The notes beneath the pieces are model-generated. The model was given only the letters and a program-made list of their open reading frames with translations, searched no databases and was not told the origin of the DNA. Shown one piece after another: positions 13,332 to 26,911 of a stretch of 64,000 nt of DNA. Every line of letters begins with the position of its first letter. The first letter of the stretch is position 1. This stretch comes from Felis catus (Eukaryota): assembly GCF_018350175.1 (NCBI RefSeq), contig NC_058373.1:117864001-117928000 (forward strand), written 5' to 3'. The position numbers and the translations under genes were made by a program.

Positions 13332-14799
13332 GAGTGCACATTTTTAGGCCACAAGACATTTTGACTCAAAGAGTAAGTCGCGATGCTGGTCAAATCCCCT
13401 AGTCCTTCTCCACAAGGGGTGCTCACAAGAGGGACTGGCAAGAAGGTTCCAGTAGGTCGCTCAGCCTACGGGATATAAAATGCCTGGTGAATTTCGCATT
13501 CTAAGGACAGGAGTTTTCCAAATTAAAATTTTAAGACTGTATGAAAATAGTTCACCATTTACTTTTAGGATGAGGTAGCGTTTAGACTGTCAGCCTGAAA
13601 AACCAAAGCTAGCATTTTCGGGGCTGCTGAGGTGGGGGGGAGGGAACAACCTGTTGGTTCTGTCGGGATCCCTGAGATCCTGGACGAAGAAAAAGAGAGG
13701 GGTCCAAACACCTTCTCCCACCAAGAAACCAGCCAGAGGTCTCTGGGCTTATAAGATGGACATTTCAAAAGCCATGACTTAGACTTTAACATTCTTGGGA
13801 GTTCAGGAATAATCCTGTTGATGTAGGTTCTAACCCCAACCACACCATCTACTTGCCGTGCAAACTCAGCCAGGCGATTTCACCTCTCTGAGCCTCTGTT
13901 TGCTCCCCTTGTCCTTCTGGGCAAGCTTAACTTAGCAGTGCCTTTCAGCTCGAATGTTCATTCAGTCAAGAAATGTTCACTGAGCACCTGCTACATGCCA
14001 ACACCCTTCTAGACAGTGGGTATACAGCAGGTTCCTGCCTTCGTGAGGCTGACACTCTAGCCCCAATATCCTATGACTCCTAAGAGGCTGTGAGGACCAC
14101 ACCCTGCATGATATGCTTGCGTATCTCAGGAAAAAGAGACGTGGCAGGGGCTCCATACGAACTGACTTAAGGTGAGGGGTGGGCAAGCCATTGTGGCCGA
14201 TCAGTAAATAGGACAACAGAACTTCTTCCTTCGGATTGTTTACTTTAAGTTGCCGGAATGGACAGGAGAGTGAAGAACATGAGGTAGGCAGAGTGAGTGC
14301 AGAGGAAGACAAGGCAGGGAAAGGATGCGTGGTTCTAAACCGAGACCCCATATTCTGCGGGGCTCATGCTAAGATTTCACCTGGCAATACCGACTCCCTT
14401 TCCGTCACGGGGAAACTTAACATCGTCACCAAACAGGGCTCAGTCCCGCCCAGCACTGGCCACTGACTGATGACACCAGTCCTGGTTCCTCCTGCAAGGA
14501 CCCTGGGCAGAGGCACATTAGGGGAGGGGTGGGAAGGACACAGGAACCACAGAAAGGGTAAGAAGCCACAGGTCAATGCGGTCCACACAAGCCACCCTCT
14601 CCCCACCCACGTGCAGCCCATTTGCTGCCTCCCCCAGAGCTTTTGGGGCCACTCTAGGCCAGGGAGAAGAGGAGGGCATGGGGAGGCTTTGTAAGGGTGG
14701 GCTCCCCCACATTTCAGAAACCCATCTGGGAGAAGGGCAGGTTCTCAGCCTGCCTGGGAACCAGGGAATAAGCACTGGGGGAAGGGGGGTTGTGTGCGA

Positions 14800-14925
14800 G
14801 AGTCACCGGGGCGCTCCTTTGGAATGTAGATCCCCGGCTCCACCCCACTCTCTCCTGGTTCAGTAGATCAGGGTGGAGACCAGGAGTCTGACTTTCCACT
14901 CAGCAGCCGGTAATTCTGAGGCAAG
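14800..14925. mobile_element. MER5-like hAT MITE fragment
   Basis: aatgtagatccccggctccacccc...ttcagtagatcagggtggagaccaggagtctg...ggtaattctgaggca resembles MER5A. Confidence 0.55.
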
Positions 14926-15432
14926 CAGGCTACCACCCTCCCTCGAAGGCGCCCAGTGAGGAGGGAAAGGGATTTGAGCTTCCAGAGGTGGAGCCTCACC
15001 AGCTAAGGGACTTAGAGCATTTGCTGTCCTTGATTTCCTTTCAAAACCTCAACTGTCCATCCACAAAATGAGGATGATGCAAATGAGTACCTGCTTCTCA
15101 GGATTAGTGGGAGGAGCAAGTGAGAAAAGCATCAATCCCGCTGCGCGGTAAGAATTCGGCAGACTGCTGCTTATTATCCAGGGGGTGACTCATATAAGTG
15201 GGTTCTTCCACATCAGCCCCTTCCTGGACTGGAGCACATGGTGGGGAGGATGTGAATGATGCCAGTGGGCGGCAGGGAAGCCTCTAATACAGAAGGCGGG
15301 GCTACCAAGGTCTCCTTGCGCCCCCCCCCCCCCCCCCATGACCAGCACCAACACTGTGGTCCAGGAACACACTCGGTCTGGATCTGGCCAACTCAGAACA
15401 CGCTAGCTGATGTGCAAGAACTCAGGGCAGAG

Positions 15433-15648
15433 GGGCGCCTGGGGGGCTCAGGCCACCGAGTGTCCGATTTCAGCTCAACTCATGATCTCATGCCCCCCCC
15501 CCCCCTCATCGGGCTCCGTGCTGATGGCCCAGAGCCTGGATCCTGCTTCGGGTTCTGTGTCTCCCTCTCTCTCTGTCTCCCCACTCATGCTCTGTCTCTC
15601 TCTCTCTCTCTCTCTCTCGAAAATAAATAAACATTAAAAAATAAAAAA
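15433..15648 (+). mobile_element. Can-SINE with internal deletion and C-run
   Basis: TSD aagaactc(a/c)gggcaga. Confidence 0.9.
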
Positions 15649-15890
15649 AGAACTCCGGGCAGAGAGGGGCACACATAGCATGGGGTGGTCCTCCCATCAG
15701 AGATATGGTCTGGAAGGAGATGAGGATGCCGGACAAAACGGATGGCAAGGAGCAGGGAAGAACAGGAGAAGGTGAAACATATTTACCCCAGTGGCCTCGT
15801 GCATTGGCAACAGTGTCTCCAAGCTTCAGAGTTATAAAGGAGGCAGGCCACGCGTGGAAGACGGTACGAAGAGTAAGAATGGGTACTGCA

Positions 15891-16288
15891 GGGGCGCCTG
15901 GGTGGCTCAGTTGGTTAAGCGTCCGACTTTGGCTCAGGTCATGATCTCGCGGTCTGGGAGTTCGAGCCCCGCGTCGGGCTCTGTGCTGACAGCTCAGAGC
16001 CTGGAGCCTACTTCGGATTCTGTGTCTCCCTCTTTCTCTCTCTTCCCCCGCTCATGCTCTGTCTCTCTCTTCTCAAAAATAAATAAATGTTAAAAAAAAA
16101 ATTTTTTTTTAAAGAATGGGTACTGCATTGGGGTCTAAAACACACATGGAGGGACTCTGCTTCACAGGAGCTACTCAGGGGCGCCTGGGTGGCTCAGTAG
16201 GTTGAGCATCTGACTCTTGATCTCGGCTCAGGTCATGATCTCATGGTCATGGGATCAAGCCGCAGGTCGGCATGGAGCCTGTTTGGGA

Positions 16289-16333
<45 letters not shown>

Positions 16334-16390
16334 CCTCCCCTGCTCACACTCTATCTCTCTCTCAAAATAAATAAACAATAACAACAAAAC
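15891..16390 (+). mobile_element. Two Can-SINEs (15891-16110, 16178-16390)
   Basis: TSDs aagaatgggtactgca and agctactca. Confidence 0.92.
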
Positions 16391-16587
16391 AGAAGCTACT
16401 CAGAAGGGAAAAAAACAGACTTAACTCTAGGAACAAAGATCTCCCCCCGAAATCCAGGAATGGTAGTAGAAATAGGGTCCTCATCTGCATCAAAAGAAGC
16501 CTCGTTTCCCAGCCAGGTCTGGCATACCGCCGTGGCCTTCCCTATCCTAGAGCTGGCCCCTAGGCTCAGAAGACCCCTCCCCACCAT

Positions 16588-17222
16588 ATATGAAAATAGG
16601 GCCGTTGCACATATAATTAGTTATAGTGAGGTCGTGGGGAAGGCCCTAATCAAATATGACTGGTGTGCTTATAAAAAGGGGATGATTGGACACAGAGGCA
16701 CGCACACAAGGAGAATACCATTTGAAGATGAAGAAGCTTGGGACGATGCTTCTAAAAGCCCAGGAACACCAAAAACTGCCAGCAAACCACCAGAAGCTAA
16801 GAAGAGGTCCAGCACAAATTCTCCCTCACAGCCCTCAGAAAGAAAGAACCCTGCAAACACCTTGATCCTGACTTCCAGCCTCCGGAAACGAAACAGTGAA
16901 TTTCTGTTACTTAAACCACCCAGGGCCACCTGGGTGGCTCAGTCAGTTAAGCATCCAGCTTCGGCTCAGGTCATGATCTCACTGTTCGTGAGTTTGAGCC
17001 CCGCATCGGGCTCTGTGCTGACAGCTCAGAGGCCTGGAGCCTGCTTCAGATTCTGTGTCTCCCTCCCTCTCTGCCCCTCCCCTGCTCATGCTCTGTCTCT
17101 CTTTCTCTCTTAAAAAAAAAAAAAATTTAAAAAGCTTTTTAAAGAAAAATAAAATAAATAAAAATAAAAATAAACCACCCAGTCTGTACTTTACTACAGC
17201 AGCCCTAACAATCCAATACGCC
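16588..17222 (+). mobile_element. MLT1-type LTR split by a Can-SINE
   Basis: aaatagggccgttgcac...gccagcaaaccaccagaagcta...acagcagccctaacaatccaatac. The SINE TSD is taaaccacccag. Confidence 0.82.
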
Positions 17223-17490
17223 CACAGCCTTACTTGTCTTCACCACATTGGTCACCAATGAGAAAATCAGAAACTTCCAGAAAGTCACCATATTTACTTT
17301 TTTTTTTTTTTTTAAGAGAGAGCACACACTAGCAGGGGAGAGGGAGAGAGGGAGGGAGAGAGAGAATCCCAAGCAGGCTCCACACCCAGTGCAGAGCCAG
17401 ATGCGGGGCTCGATCTCATGAACAAGAGGTCACGACCTGAGCCAAAATCAAGGGTCGGACGCTTAACACACTAAGCCACCCAGGCGCCCC
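16923..17490. mobile_element. Tail-to-tail Can-SINE pair (16923-17171 +, 17298-17490 -)
   Basis: Two oppositely oriented SINEs. Confidence 0.9.
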
Positions 17491-19684
17491 TCATATTTAC
17501 TTTTCTGACCAACAAACCACGCATCGTGGAAGAATTCAAAAATCAACAAAACACAGTCCTCCCGCACACAGGTAGGCAAATGTCTATCACTTTACATTTT
17601 ACAAAACACTTTCCCGTGCATCGTCTAACCTCAGGCTGAGGTGGGGCTGGGTCCTGTGATTCCCATTCTGCAGAGGGAGAGGCGGTGACTGGGCCCAGAG
17701 CCCTCAGCCGCCAAGCGGCAGGCAAGCGGCTGCAGCAAGCGCTTCTGAGTGTGGGAAGATGTTTGCTGGGTGGCTCTGTGATCTCTGTCTTACCGCCTCT
17801 CTGGCAGTTTGGAGCCTCTTGCCTCTTCTGCAAGCAAAAGCCCCTGCACTGAGACAACTGGAAATCGGCTGCAAGTATCCAAAATCTGGCCCAAGAAAGC
17901 TCCAGAAGGCAAGAAGGGAGGCCGGCCAGGGAAAGCAGAGACTGGCACCCTCCACCCTCCTTTCTCCCAGCCCCTGACTCACCACTGCTGCTGTCCCTAC
18001 CACCCTCCCGGGCTTCTCCTCACCTCCACCCCCAGGCCCCGAATGCCCTCGTTCTCGCAGGCAGTCCAGGTTCCTGGTAACGGTGCCACCCAGTGTTGTC
18101 AAAATAGCGAGCAGCTGGAAAGAACCCCAGAATGAGATCCATGTGCCTCTGTGGCCTCCTAAATGACTACAACTGTGGCCGCTAAACCTGCTAATGTGCT
18201 AAGCATTTTCTGGCAGGGCCAGGAGGCAGGGCTGGTATTTTGGTAGCTGGGAGAGGCTCGCGGGCGTCATCCTCAGAAAGTGAGTCCCCGAAGGAGGTGG
18301 AGGCAAGGAGAAGCAGCCCAGAACAGCGCCCATGAAGTCACCGAGAGCCACCCCCGCGGCACTTGTCAGGATTCCTGGAGTGCTGCTGGCCTGGTGGGCG
18401 AGACTGGCCAGGCACAGAGGCCTTGCAGGCTGGGGACAGGAACCCCCCGGGGCGATGGGGGAGAGGGCCCTCTAGAATGCAAGTTATGGTGGATACTTTT
18501 TCTGCTGACGCAGAGCAGCGTATAATGCTGTCCACGAGGCTGGGCGGCCAGGGCCTGGCCCTATCTCTGTTTGCCTCTGAGTTGGCAGGGGCAGGGCCCC
18601 TAGTGACCAAACAGGACGAGACACCAAAGGCAGGCCTCCCTGAGAGGGGTCTGAGGACAAGGGCACTCGGAGTGGTCCAGGGGACGGGAATCAACAGGCT
18701 GGCGGGACATCAGGAACTTTCTACACGGTGCCTCCCATTTCCCAGACACAGCATGAGCCTCTCCAGAGTATCCTTGTTTTTCAGGGGCTTTGAAAACGGT
18801 TCAAAATAGGAGACCAGGAATGAGAACAAACCCCCACATCTGGGATCAAAATGGTATTCCTTCGTCTGGGATGGGCTCCACTTTGCACTTCCTGGAGAAA
18901 CCAGGGAGGCGGGGTTGAAAGAGTGAAGAGGGGAGGTTGGGGGCCAAAAGATGGGCCTAGGGAAGAATTCCTTCCGGAGCCATTTGGTGACAGGAAATGG
19001 TGTGGGTGACAGAGCAGTGCTGCTCAGGTGAGGGAGATGTAGGGTCGTTCTGGGAACATATAAGCCAGTAAAACCCTGACAGGATTCAGTCTGGAGGGGA
19101 AAAAAAAATCCCAGCTGATAGAAACTGCTGAGAGCTTGCAGCTTTTAAAGCCCTTCTAGCAAAAGGATCTTTGGAAGCTTTGCAAACCCTGACCACGCAG
19201 CCGGTCAGCCACAGCCCGGCCCACAGTGCTGAGAGCGTGTCCGCTAAATCAGAACTAATGCCCTCACAAATATCTAGTCCTGACCTCCCTCCACCCCGAC
19301 CCCGGCACCCACTCTTTCTAGGTGCCGCCTTCCTCAGAAATTAAGTTTTCCTGGAGCAGAGGGGAGAAAGCTGCTGAGGCCCCAGGGGGCCAGCAGCAAC
19401 CTCAGCTCCAATGCTCCAGGAAGCTGCCCCTGGACAAGGCATTTCACCTTTATGAGTCTCACTTTTCAATCTGCATAGGTGGCGAGAAGGAAGCCAAGGT
19501 TGTAGAGTCGGTGGGAGGATTATTTACATCATGTATACAGGGTGCCAAGCACGGGGTGGGGGATCAGGGGGGCACTCCCTGAGGGCTGGCCCTCTTCCTT
19601 CCCACCTTCCTCTCTGGGCCCTCCAGCACCACATCCAATGCAAGGAGGATGCAGATTAGTGGGAGTTTAAAAGTTGGGGAGACT

Positions 19685-19905
19685 GGGGTGCCTGGGTGGC
19701 TCAGGCAGTTAAGGGTCCGACTTCAGCTCAGGTCATGATCTCACAGTTGGTGAGTTCGAGCCCCGCGTCGGGCTCTGTGTTGACAGCTTGGAGCCTGGAG
19801 CCTGCTTCAGAGTCTGTGTCTCCCTCTCTCTCTGCCCCTCCCCTGCTTGTGCGCTCTCTCTCTCTCTCTCTCTCAAAAATAAATAAACATTAAAAAAAAA
19901 TTTTT
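19685..19905 (+). mobile_element. Can-SINE
   Basis: TSD aagttggggagac. Confidence 0.93.
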
Positions 19906-20398
19906 AAGTTGGGGAGACAAAGGCATGCTTATATAAAACAAGTCATGAGTTTAATAGAACCCCCTCCAACCTAGAACATCGTTCCCTGCCCCTCCCACCT
20001 TCCCCCACCTCCACCAGCTGATAGTCTCTGAGCTCTAGACTTATTTGAACAGGGTCACTATGTTGTACAACTCTAGGTGGGTGCCATCCGCGTTCCATTC
20101 CCTACGCCCTGAAGGGAGCCGCATTCAACAGACCAGCATGGGAATGGTGCCCCCAGAGCTGGGCAATGTTGCAGCCCTACTAAAGCCCTTCTTTAGTGTC
20201 CTTGCCCTCAGGAAACCTCTTCTAAGGCTGCCCGTGACTCTTTCTTTCTTTGGATGCCAACAGCCGTTCGTCTTTACTCTTAGGGAGCTTGTCAAACTCT
20301 GCCTTTATCCCACTGGGCTTGTGTGTGATTCCAGCCAGGGTTGGATCTTACCTTTATATTCCCTGCAGTACCTAGCACGAGGCTCATTCATGTTGTGA

Positions 20399-21340
20399 GG
20401 CCAGCATTACCCTGATACCAAAAACAGCCAAAGACATTTAAAAAAAAAAAAATTTTTTTTTAATTTTAAAAACCTTAACCCTTACCTCACACCCTATCAA
20501 AAAATTAACTCAAAATGGATCATGCAGTTAAATGTAAGAGCTAAAACTGTAAGACTTCTATAACAATTGGAAGAAAATCTTTATGAACTTGGGTTAAGCA
20601 AAGGTTACTTACGCCACAGAGAGCTCAAACCATAAAAGCAAAAAATTGATATATTGGACTGGATCAAAATTTAAAATATCTGTTCTTTGAAAGGCACTAA
20701 TATGAAAATAGAAACACGAGCCACAGACTGGGGGAAAATATTGGCAAAACATATATCTGATAAAGGACATGTAGTCAGAATATATAAAGAACTCTTAAAA
20801 CTCAATAATGAGAAGACAAATGACCCCATTTTTTTTCATGGCTAAAAGCACTGAACAGACATTTCACAAAAGAAGTAATACAGATGGGCCAAAACGCCTG
20901 TGAAAAAAAGGTTCAACATCATTAGTCATCAGGAAAATGCAATTAAAATCACAATGAGATACCACTAAACATCTATTATGATGGCTAAAATTAAAAAGAA
21001 TGACAATGCCAAGCACTGGCAAGGATATAGAATAAACTGGAACTCTCAGGCACCACTGATGGAAATGCTAAAGGGTACACCCACTCTGGAAAGCAGTTTG
21101 GCAGTTTCTTACAAAGTTAAATATACATTTGTGACCTAGCAATCCTACTCCTAGGCACTGGCCCAAGAGAAATGAAAACATATGTCCACACGAAGACCTA
21201 TATCCATGAACGTTCAGATCATAATCCTTTACTCATTATGGCCAAAACCTGGAAACAACCCAAATGTTCACCAACTGGGAAATGGGTAAGCAAGTTGTGA
21301 TATATGCAGCCATACATGCAACATGAGTGAATCCTAAGTG
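20399..21340 (+). mobile_element. Old L1M (ORF2 3' part) fragment
   Basis: Degenerate L1 ORF2 motifs (ccagcattaccctgatacc, aattaactcaaaatggatc, gacctagcaatcctactcctagg, aaacaacccaaatgt). Confidence 0.85.
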
Positions 21341-21344
21341 AGTT

Positions 21345-21592
21345 GTGTTAGTTTCCTATTGCTGCTGTTAACAAATTACCACACACTTAGTGGCTGAAGA
21401 CATCACAAATGTATCTTGTGGTTCTGGAGATCAGAAGCCCAAAATCAGTTTCACTAGGGCTAATGTTAAGCTGTCACCAGCAGGACTTGCTCCTTCTGGA
21501 GGCTCTGAGGGGAAAACCTGTTTCCTTATCTTTTTCAGCTTCCAGAGCCCCCCTGCATTCCTTGGCTCTTGTCCCTTCCTCAAAGCCAGCCC
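21345..21592 (-). mobile_element. MLT1-type LTR fragment
   Basis: ttagtttcctattgctgctgttaacaaattacc...gttctggagatcagaag, similar to the 1308 element. Confidence 0.8.
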
Positions 21593-22243
21593 TGCTTGAA
21601 GGAGGAGTTTGACCAAAGGCACAGAGACATAGCAAGTTTGAACTTCTAAGGAGTTCCATATTTCCAGGGTGTATAATGTGACATTGCAAAGATAAGGAAA
21701 CCAAGATTCAAAGAGATTAAGTGTCTCACCCCAGGTTTTGGACGTGGCGAAAGTCACATTCAAACCCAAGGCCTCTGAATCTAAACACAGACTTTTTCCA
21801 GTGCGTGTGGGCCCTCGGACTTTCCCACTTTGACCTTGAAGGCCTCCAGCCCTGGAGGTTGGATGGGCATCTCTGCCATGTTGCTCAGAGGCCCTGAACT
21901 CCCACCCCACTCCACCAGCGACAGCCTCTCTTCTCTTCAGCAGCTCAGCCTGTGGAGTTTGCATGACCATCCCCACTGCCCCGCCCTGGGCCAGCAGATT
22001 CCCACCCCCAGTTTGATGAAATTATAACCTTCATAAGATTGATATTTACGTCCTGCTTTATATTTGCCAGCGCTCTTTGACTTAGCTTATTTTGTTTGGC
22101 CCTCCCTGTTGTGTGAGGCTAAGGGTACAGATATTACCAGGCCCATTCAGCAGAGAAGAAAGTTGAGGTCCTGGAGGTGGGCACAGACTGGCCACCTTCA
22201 CACAGCAAGTGAGGCAAGGCCAAAATCAAAATCTTCCCCAGAT

Positions 22244-22641
22244 GGGGCACCAGGGTAGCTCAGTTGGTTGAGCGTCCAACTCTTGATTTCAGCTCAGGTC
22301 ATGATCTCCCAGTTGGCGGGTTCAAGCCCCACAACAGGCTCGGTGCGGACAGTGCAGAGCCCGCTTCAGATCCCCTGTTGCCCTCTCTCTTTCTCTCTCT
22401 CATGCTGAGCATGGACCCTGCTTAGGATTCTCTCCCTTTGCCCCTCTCCCCCACTCATGCTCACTCTCAAAAAAAAAAAAAAAAAAGCAACTTTTATATA
22501 TATTTTATCACAACTTAAAAACAAAAACAAGGGGTGCCTGGATGGCTCAGTCGATCAAGCTTCCGACTCTTGATTTCGGTTTAGGTCATAACCTCACGGT
22601 GGTGGGAATGAGCCCCGTGCTCAGCCCGGAGCCCACTTGAG

Positions 22642-22675
<34 letters not shown>

Positions 22676-22775
22676 TTTCCCTCTGCCCCTCCCCTGCTTG
22701 CACACACTGTCTCTCTAAAAAAATAAATAAATAAAATAAAATCTGTTTAAAAAAAATAAAAAATAAAAACAAAAA
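22244..22775 (+). mobile_element. Two older Can-SINEs (22244-22486, 22531-22775)
   Basis: Heads, CT tracts and A-tails. Confidence 0.88.
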
Positions 22776-24380
22776 CACTGTTAAGAAGATGAATAGGCAA
22801 GTTACAACTGAAAGTGTTCATACTACATATATGTGACAAAAGACCTATATCCAGGATCTATAAAGAAACTTAGCAACTCAGTAATAAGAAGACAACCCTT
22901 TTCCCAATTGGGCAAAGATTTGAACCGACTCTTCACAAACACAGAAGTTGATAAGTACATGAAAATATGTTCAATATCATTAGTCATCAGGAAAATGCAA
23001 AACTACCATGAGTTACTACTCACACCCACTAAAATGGCTAAAATTAAAAAATTAATAATATCAAATGCTGGTGAAGATATATAGCAACCAAATTGTTCAT
23101 ACAAAGCTGATGGAAAAGTAAAATGGTACAACCATTTTCGGAAAGAGTATGACAGTTGCTTATAAAAGAACATGGACTTGACATATGACTGAGCAGTTTC
23201 ATTTCTAAACATCCACCCAAGAGAAATGAGGAGAAAATAGGTCCACAAAAGACTTATACACAGATGCTCATAGCAGCTTCACTCATTATAACCCCAAACT
23301 AAAAGCAACCCAATGGGGTGCCTGGGTGGCTCAGTCGGTTAAGCGTCCAACTTCAGCTCAGGTCACGATCTCAAGGTCTGTGAGTTCGAGCTCCATGTCG
23401 GGCTCTGTGCTAACAGCTCAGAGCCTGGAGCCTGCTTCGGATTCTGTGTCTCCCTCTCTCTGCCCCTCCCCCATTCATGCTCTGTCTCTCTCTGTCTCAA
23501 AAATAAATAAACATTAAAAAGAATTTGTTTAATAATAAAAAATAAAATAAAATAAAAGCAACCCAATTGTCCATCAATTGGTAAATGGATAAAAATTGTG
23601 GTATATCCATATAATGCAATATTCTTAGCAATAAAAAGGAACAAACTACTACTATATACAATACTACGGATACATCTTTTTTTTTTTTAAGGTCATATCA
23701 TATGATTCTATTCATATGAAATTTTAGAGCCAGCAAAACTAATCTAATGGCAAAAACCTGGGACCAAAAATGGGGTGAGCTCCAGAGAGACACAAGGGAA
23801 CTTTTGGGGAATAACAGAAATATTCTATTGTGGTTACAGTTACATGGATATATACATTTGTCAACATTCATAGACCTATATACTTTAAAAGGAGTGCACT
23901 TGATTGTATGTAAATTACACCACAATTAAGTTGGTTTAAAAAGAACTTTTTAAAAGTCAAACCACAAACTGTGAGAATCAGGTTTGCCAAATATATGACA
24001 ACTATGACAAATCAATATCCTTAATACATAAAGACAACATACAAACTGATAGAAAAAGCATTAAGACGTTAACAGATTAAAGGCCAAAGGACACAAACAA
24101 GCCACAAAAGAGGAAATAAGAATAGCTAATAAGCAAATAAAAAAATTAAACCGATGAATTACCATAGTCCACCTACCAAATTAGCAGTCCTTTGTTTGTT
24201 TTAGTAATAATGCTAGTAGGGCAAGATGGGCACTCTGCTGGCAAAGATATAAATTGGTACGTTTCTGGAACACAATTTGGCAAAAAAGATCCAGAGCCTT
24301 AATAATTTCCAGGTTACTAGACACACTTTTAGAAACCTAGCCTAAAGAATAATCAAAGATGAACAATCAAAATCAGACAT
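22776..24380 (+). mobile_element. Old L1M fragments (ORF2 end and 3' UTR), interrupted by a SINE
   Basis: Degenerate L1 motifs (tagtcatcaggaaaatgcaa, aatggataaaaattgtggtatatccat, attgtatgtaaattacacc). Confidence 0.8.
23315..23555 (+). mobile_element. Can-SINE inside L1M
   Basis: TSD taaaagcaacccaat. Confidence 0.93.
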
Positions 24381-24385
24381 CTACA

Positions 24386-24956
24386 GGGGCACCTAGGTGG
24401 CTCAGTCAGTTAAGCATCCAGCTCTCGATTTTGGCTCAGGTCGCCATCTCACGGTTCATGGGATCGAGCCCCATGTCAGGCTCTGCACTGACAGCATGGA
24501 GCCTGCTTGGGATTCTCTCTCCCCCTCTCTTTGCCCCCCCCCCCCATTCATGCGTATGTGCACACTCTCTCTTTCTCTCTCTTTCTCTCTCTCAAAATAA
24601 ACACTTTTTTAAAAAATTAGAGAGCTACATGCAAGAATTTTCATTCTTGACTTAGAGCAAGTCATTGGGCTGAGTAAATATGGATACATCAATGTAACGA
24701 AATATCAAATATTTGTTGACGATAGGAACTTAACAAGTATTTCTTAAATGTACTCAATTTAGGGGTACCTGTGTGGCTCAGTTGGTTAAGCATCTGACTT
24801 TTGATTTTTGGCTCAGGTCATGATCTTGTGGTTCGTGAGTTTGAGCCCCGCATCAGGCTCCATGCTGACGGCGCAAAGCCTGCTTGGGATTCTTTCTCCC
24901 TCTCTCTGCCCCTCTCCCACTCATGCTCACTCTCTCTCAAAATAAACAAACTTTTA
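24386..24956 (+). mobile_element. Two older Can-SINEs (24386-24617, 24762-24956)
   Basis: Second has TSD aaatgtactcaattt. Confidence 0.9.
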
Positions 24957-25516
24957 AAATGTACTCAATTTCTATACTATATAAGAACTTTAAGGAGTGA
25001 GATGTACAGATGACTTACACTGATGGCTAGAGAAACATATATAAAATTTTTTTCATTCAGCAAAGATCAGAAATGAGCTAAATGTCCATCAGAAGAGGTA
25101 AAGTTAAATATATCACGGTAAATCCACACAAGGAAATACTATGCATCTGTTAAAAAAAAAATAAGACAGACATACAGCTATTGCTATGGAATAATCTCAA
25201 GATGTACCATTAAATTTAAGAGGCAAGTTATAGAACAGGGCATTTGGAATACAACTATTTGAAATGCTATTTGAAATGCTATTTATCTCACAAAAAAAAA
25301 ACTATTTGAAATGACATGGGGGAGGACAGATATCAATTTATGCTCATAGACATCTCCAGAAAGGTAGAGGGAAAAAACAAAATGACAATAGCGGTTGGCT
25401 CTGTACTGGAGAACTACGGTCTAAGGATGGGGAATAGGAATGGGAACGAGGCTTAGATCTACTTTCCTGGTTTACTCTGCAGTAATTTTTGAATTTTTTA
25501 TTATATTGAGGTCTTT

Positions 25517-26158
25517 CTTTTAACTTTTTTTTCAATTTTATTTTTTATTTTTTAAAATTTACATCCAAATTAGCATATAGTGCAACAATGATTTCAGGAG
25601 TAGATTCCTTAGTGCCCCTTACCCATTTAACCCATTCCCCCTCCCACAACCCCTCCAGTAACCCTCAGTTTGTTCTCCATATTTATGAGTCTCTTCTGTT
25701 TTGTCCCCCACCCTGTTTTTATATTATTTTTGTTTCCCTTCCCTTATGTTCATCTGTTTTGTCTCTTAAGTCCTCATATGAATGAAGTCATATGATATTT
25801 GTCTTTGTCTGACTAATTTCACTTAGCATAATACCCTCCAGTTCCATCCACGTAGTTGCAAATGGCAAGATTTCATTCTTTTTGATTGCCGAGTAATATT
25901 CCATTGTATGTATTTACCACATCTTCTTTATCCATTCATCTATCGATGGACATTTGGGCTCTTTCCAAACTTTGGCCATTGTTGATAGTGCTGCTATAAA
26001 CATGGGGGTGCATGTGTCCCTTTGAAACAGCACACCTGTGTCCCGCGGATAAATGCCTACTAGTGCAATTGCTGGGTCATAGGGTAGTTCTATTTTTAGT
26101 TTTTTGAGGGACCTCCATACTGTTTTCCAGAGTGGCTGCACCAACTTGCATTCCCATC
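25517..26158 (-). mobile_element. Young carnivore/felid LINE-1, 5'-truncated (ORF2 C-terminus, 3' UTR, polyA)
   Basis: ORF 25914-26144 is the L1 ORF2 C-terminus (VQPLWKTVW...[11 protein letters not shown]...CTPMFIAAL...WKEPKCPSIDEWIKKMW). T-rich tail on the left. TSD tattgaggtcttt at 25504-25516 and 26159-26171. Confidence 0.93.
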
Positions 26159-26197
26159 TATTGAGGTCTTTTTCAAAAAAAAGAAAGAAAAAGGAAA

Positions 26198-26430
26198 GAT
26201 GCCTAGGTGGCTCAGTTGGTTAGGCGTCCAACTTCGGCTCAGGTCATGATCTCGCAGCTTGTGAGTTCAAGCTCCGTGTCGGGCTCTGTGCTAACAGCTC
26301 AGTGCCTGGAGCCCACTTCGGATTCTGTGTCTCCCTCTCTCTCTGCCCCTCCCCAGTTCATGCTCTGTCTCTCTCTCTCTCCTTCAAAAATAAACATAAA
26401 AAAAAGAAAGAAAGAAAGAAAAGAAAAAAA
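26198..26430 (+). mobile_element. Can-SINE
   Basis: Head, CT tract and A-rich tail. Confidence 0.9.
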
Positions 26431-26467
26431 CCCCACACACACTTTATTTAAAAGAAGGAAGGGGAAC

Positions 26468-26911
26468 GTTATGGGTTGAATTGCTTCCCCTAAAATGTGT
26501 ATGTTGAAGCCCTAACCCCCAGGATCTCATATCTCACAATGTGATCTTAGTTGGAAATAGGGTCACTGCAGATGTAATTAGTTAAGATGAGGTAATTAGG
26601 ATGGGCTCTAATCCAGCACGTCTAGTGTTCTCATAAAAAGAGGAAATTTGGACACAGAGGCATGCACACAGAGAGAACACCATGTGAAGATGAAGGCAGA
26701 GATGGAGGTGATGCTTCTAAAAGCCAAGGGACACCAAAGACTGCCAGCAAACCACCAGAAGCTAAGAGCCCTCTCCCTCAGGGCTCTCAGAAAGAACGAA
26801 TCCTGCCAACACCTTGGTCTTGGACTTCTGGCCTTCAGCCTGTGAGGCAATAAGTTTCTGTTGCTTAAGACACTCAATCCTGTATCACAGCAACCTGAGC
26901 AGACTAATACA
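26468..26911 (+). mobile_element. MLT1-type solo LTR
   Basis: gttatgggttgaattg...ggaaatagggtcactgcagatgtaattagttaagatgagg...agactaataca. Confidence 0.88.

Noticed and set aside
16460..17113. 217-aa ORF
   Set aside because: Chance read-through of an MLT1 LTR plus a Can-SINE.
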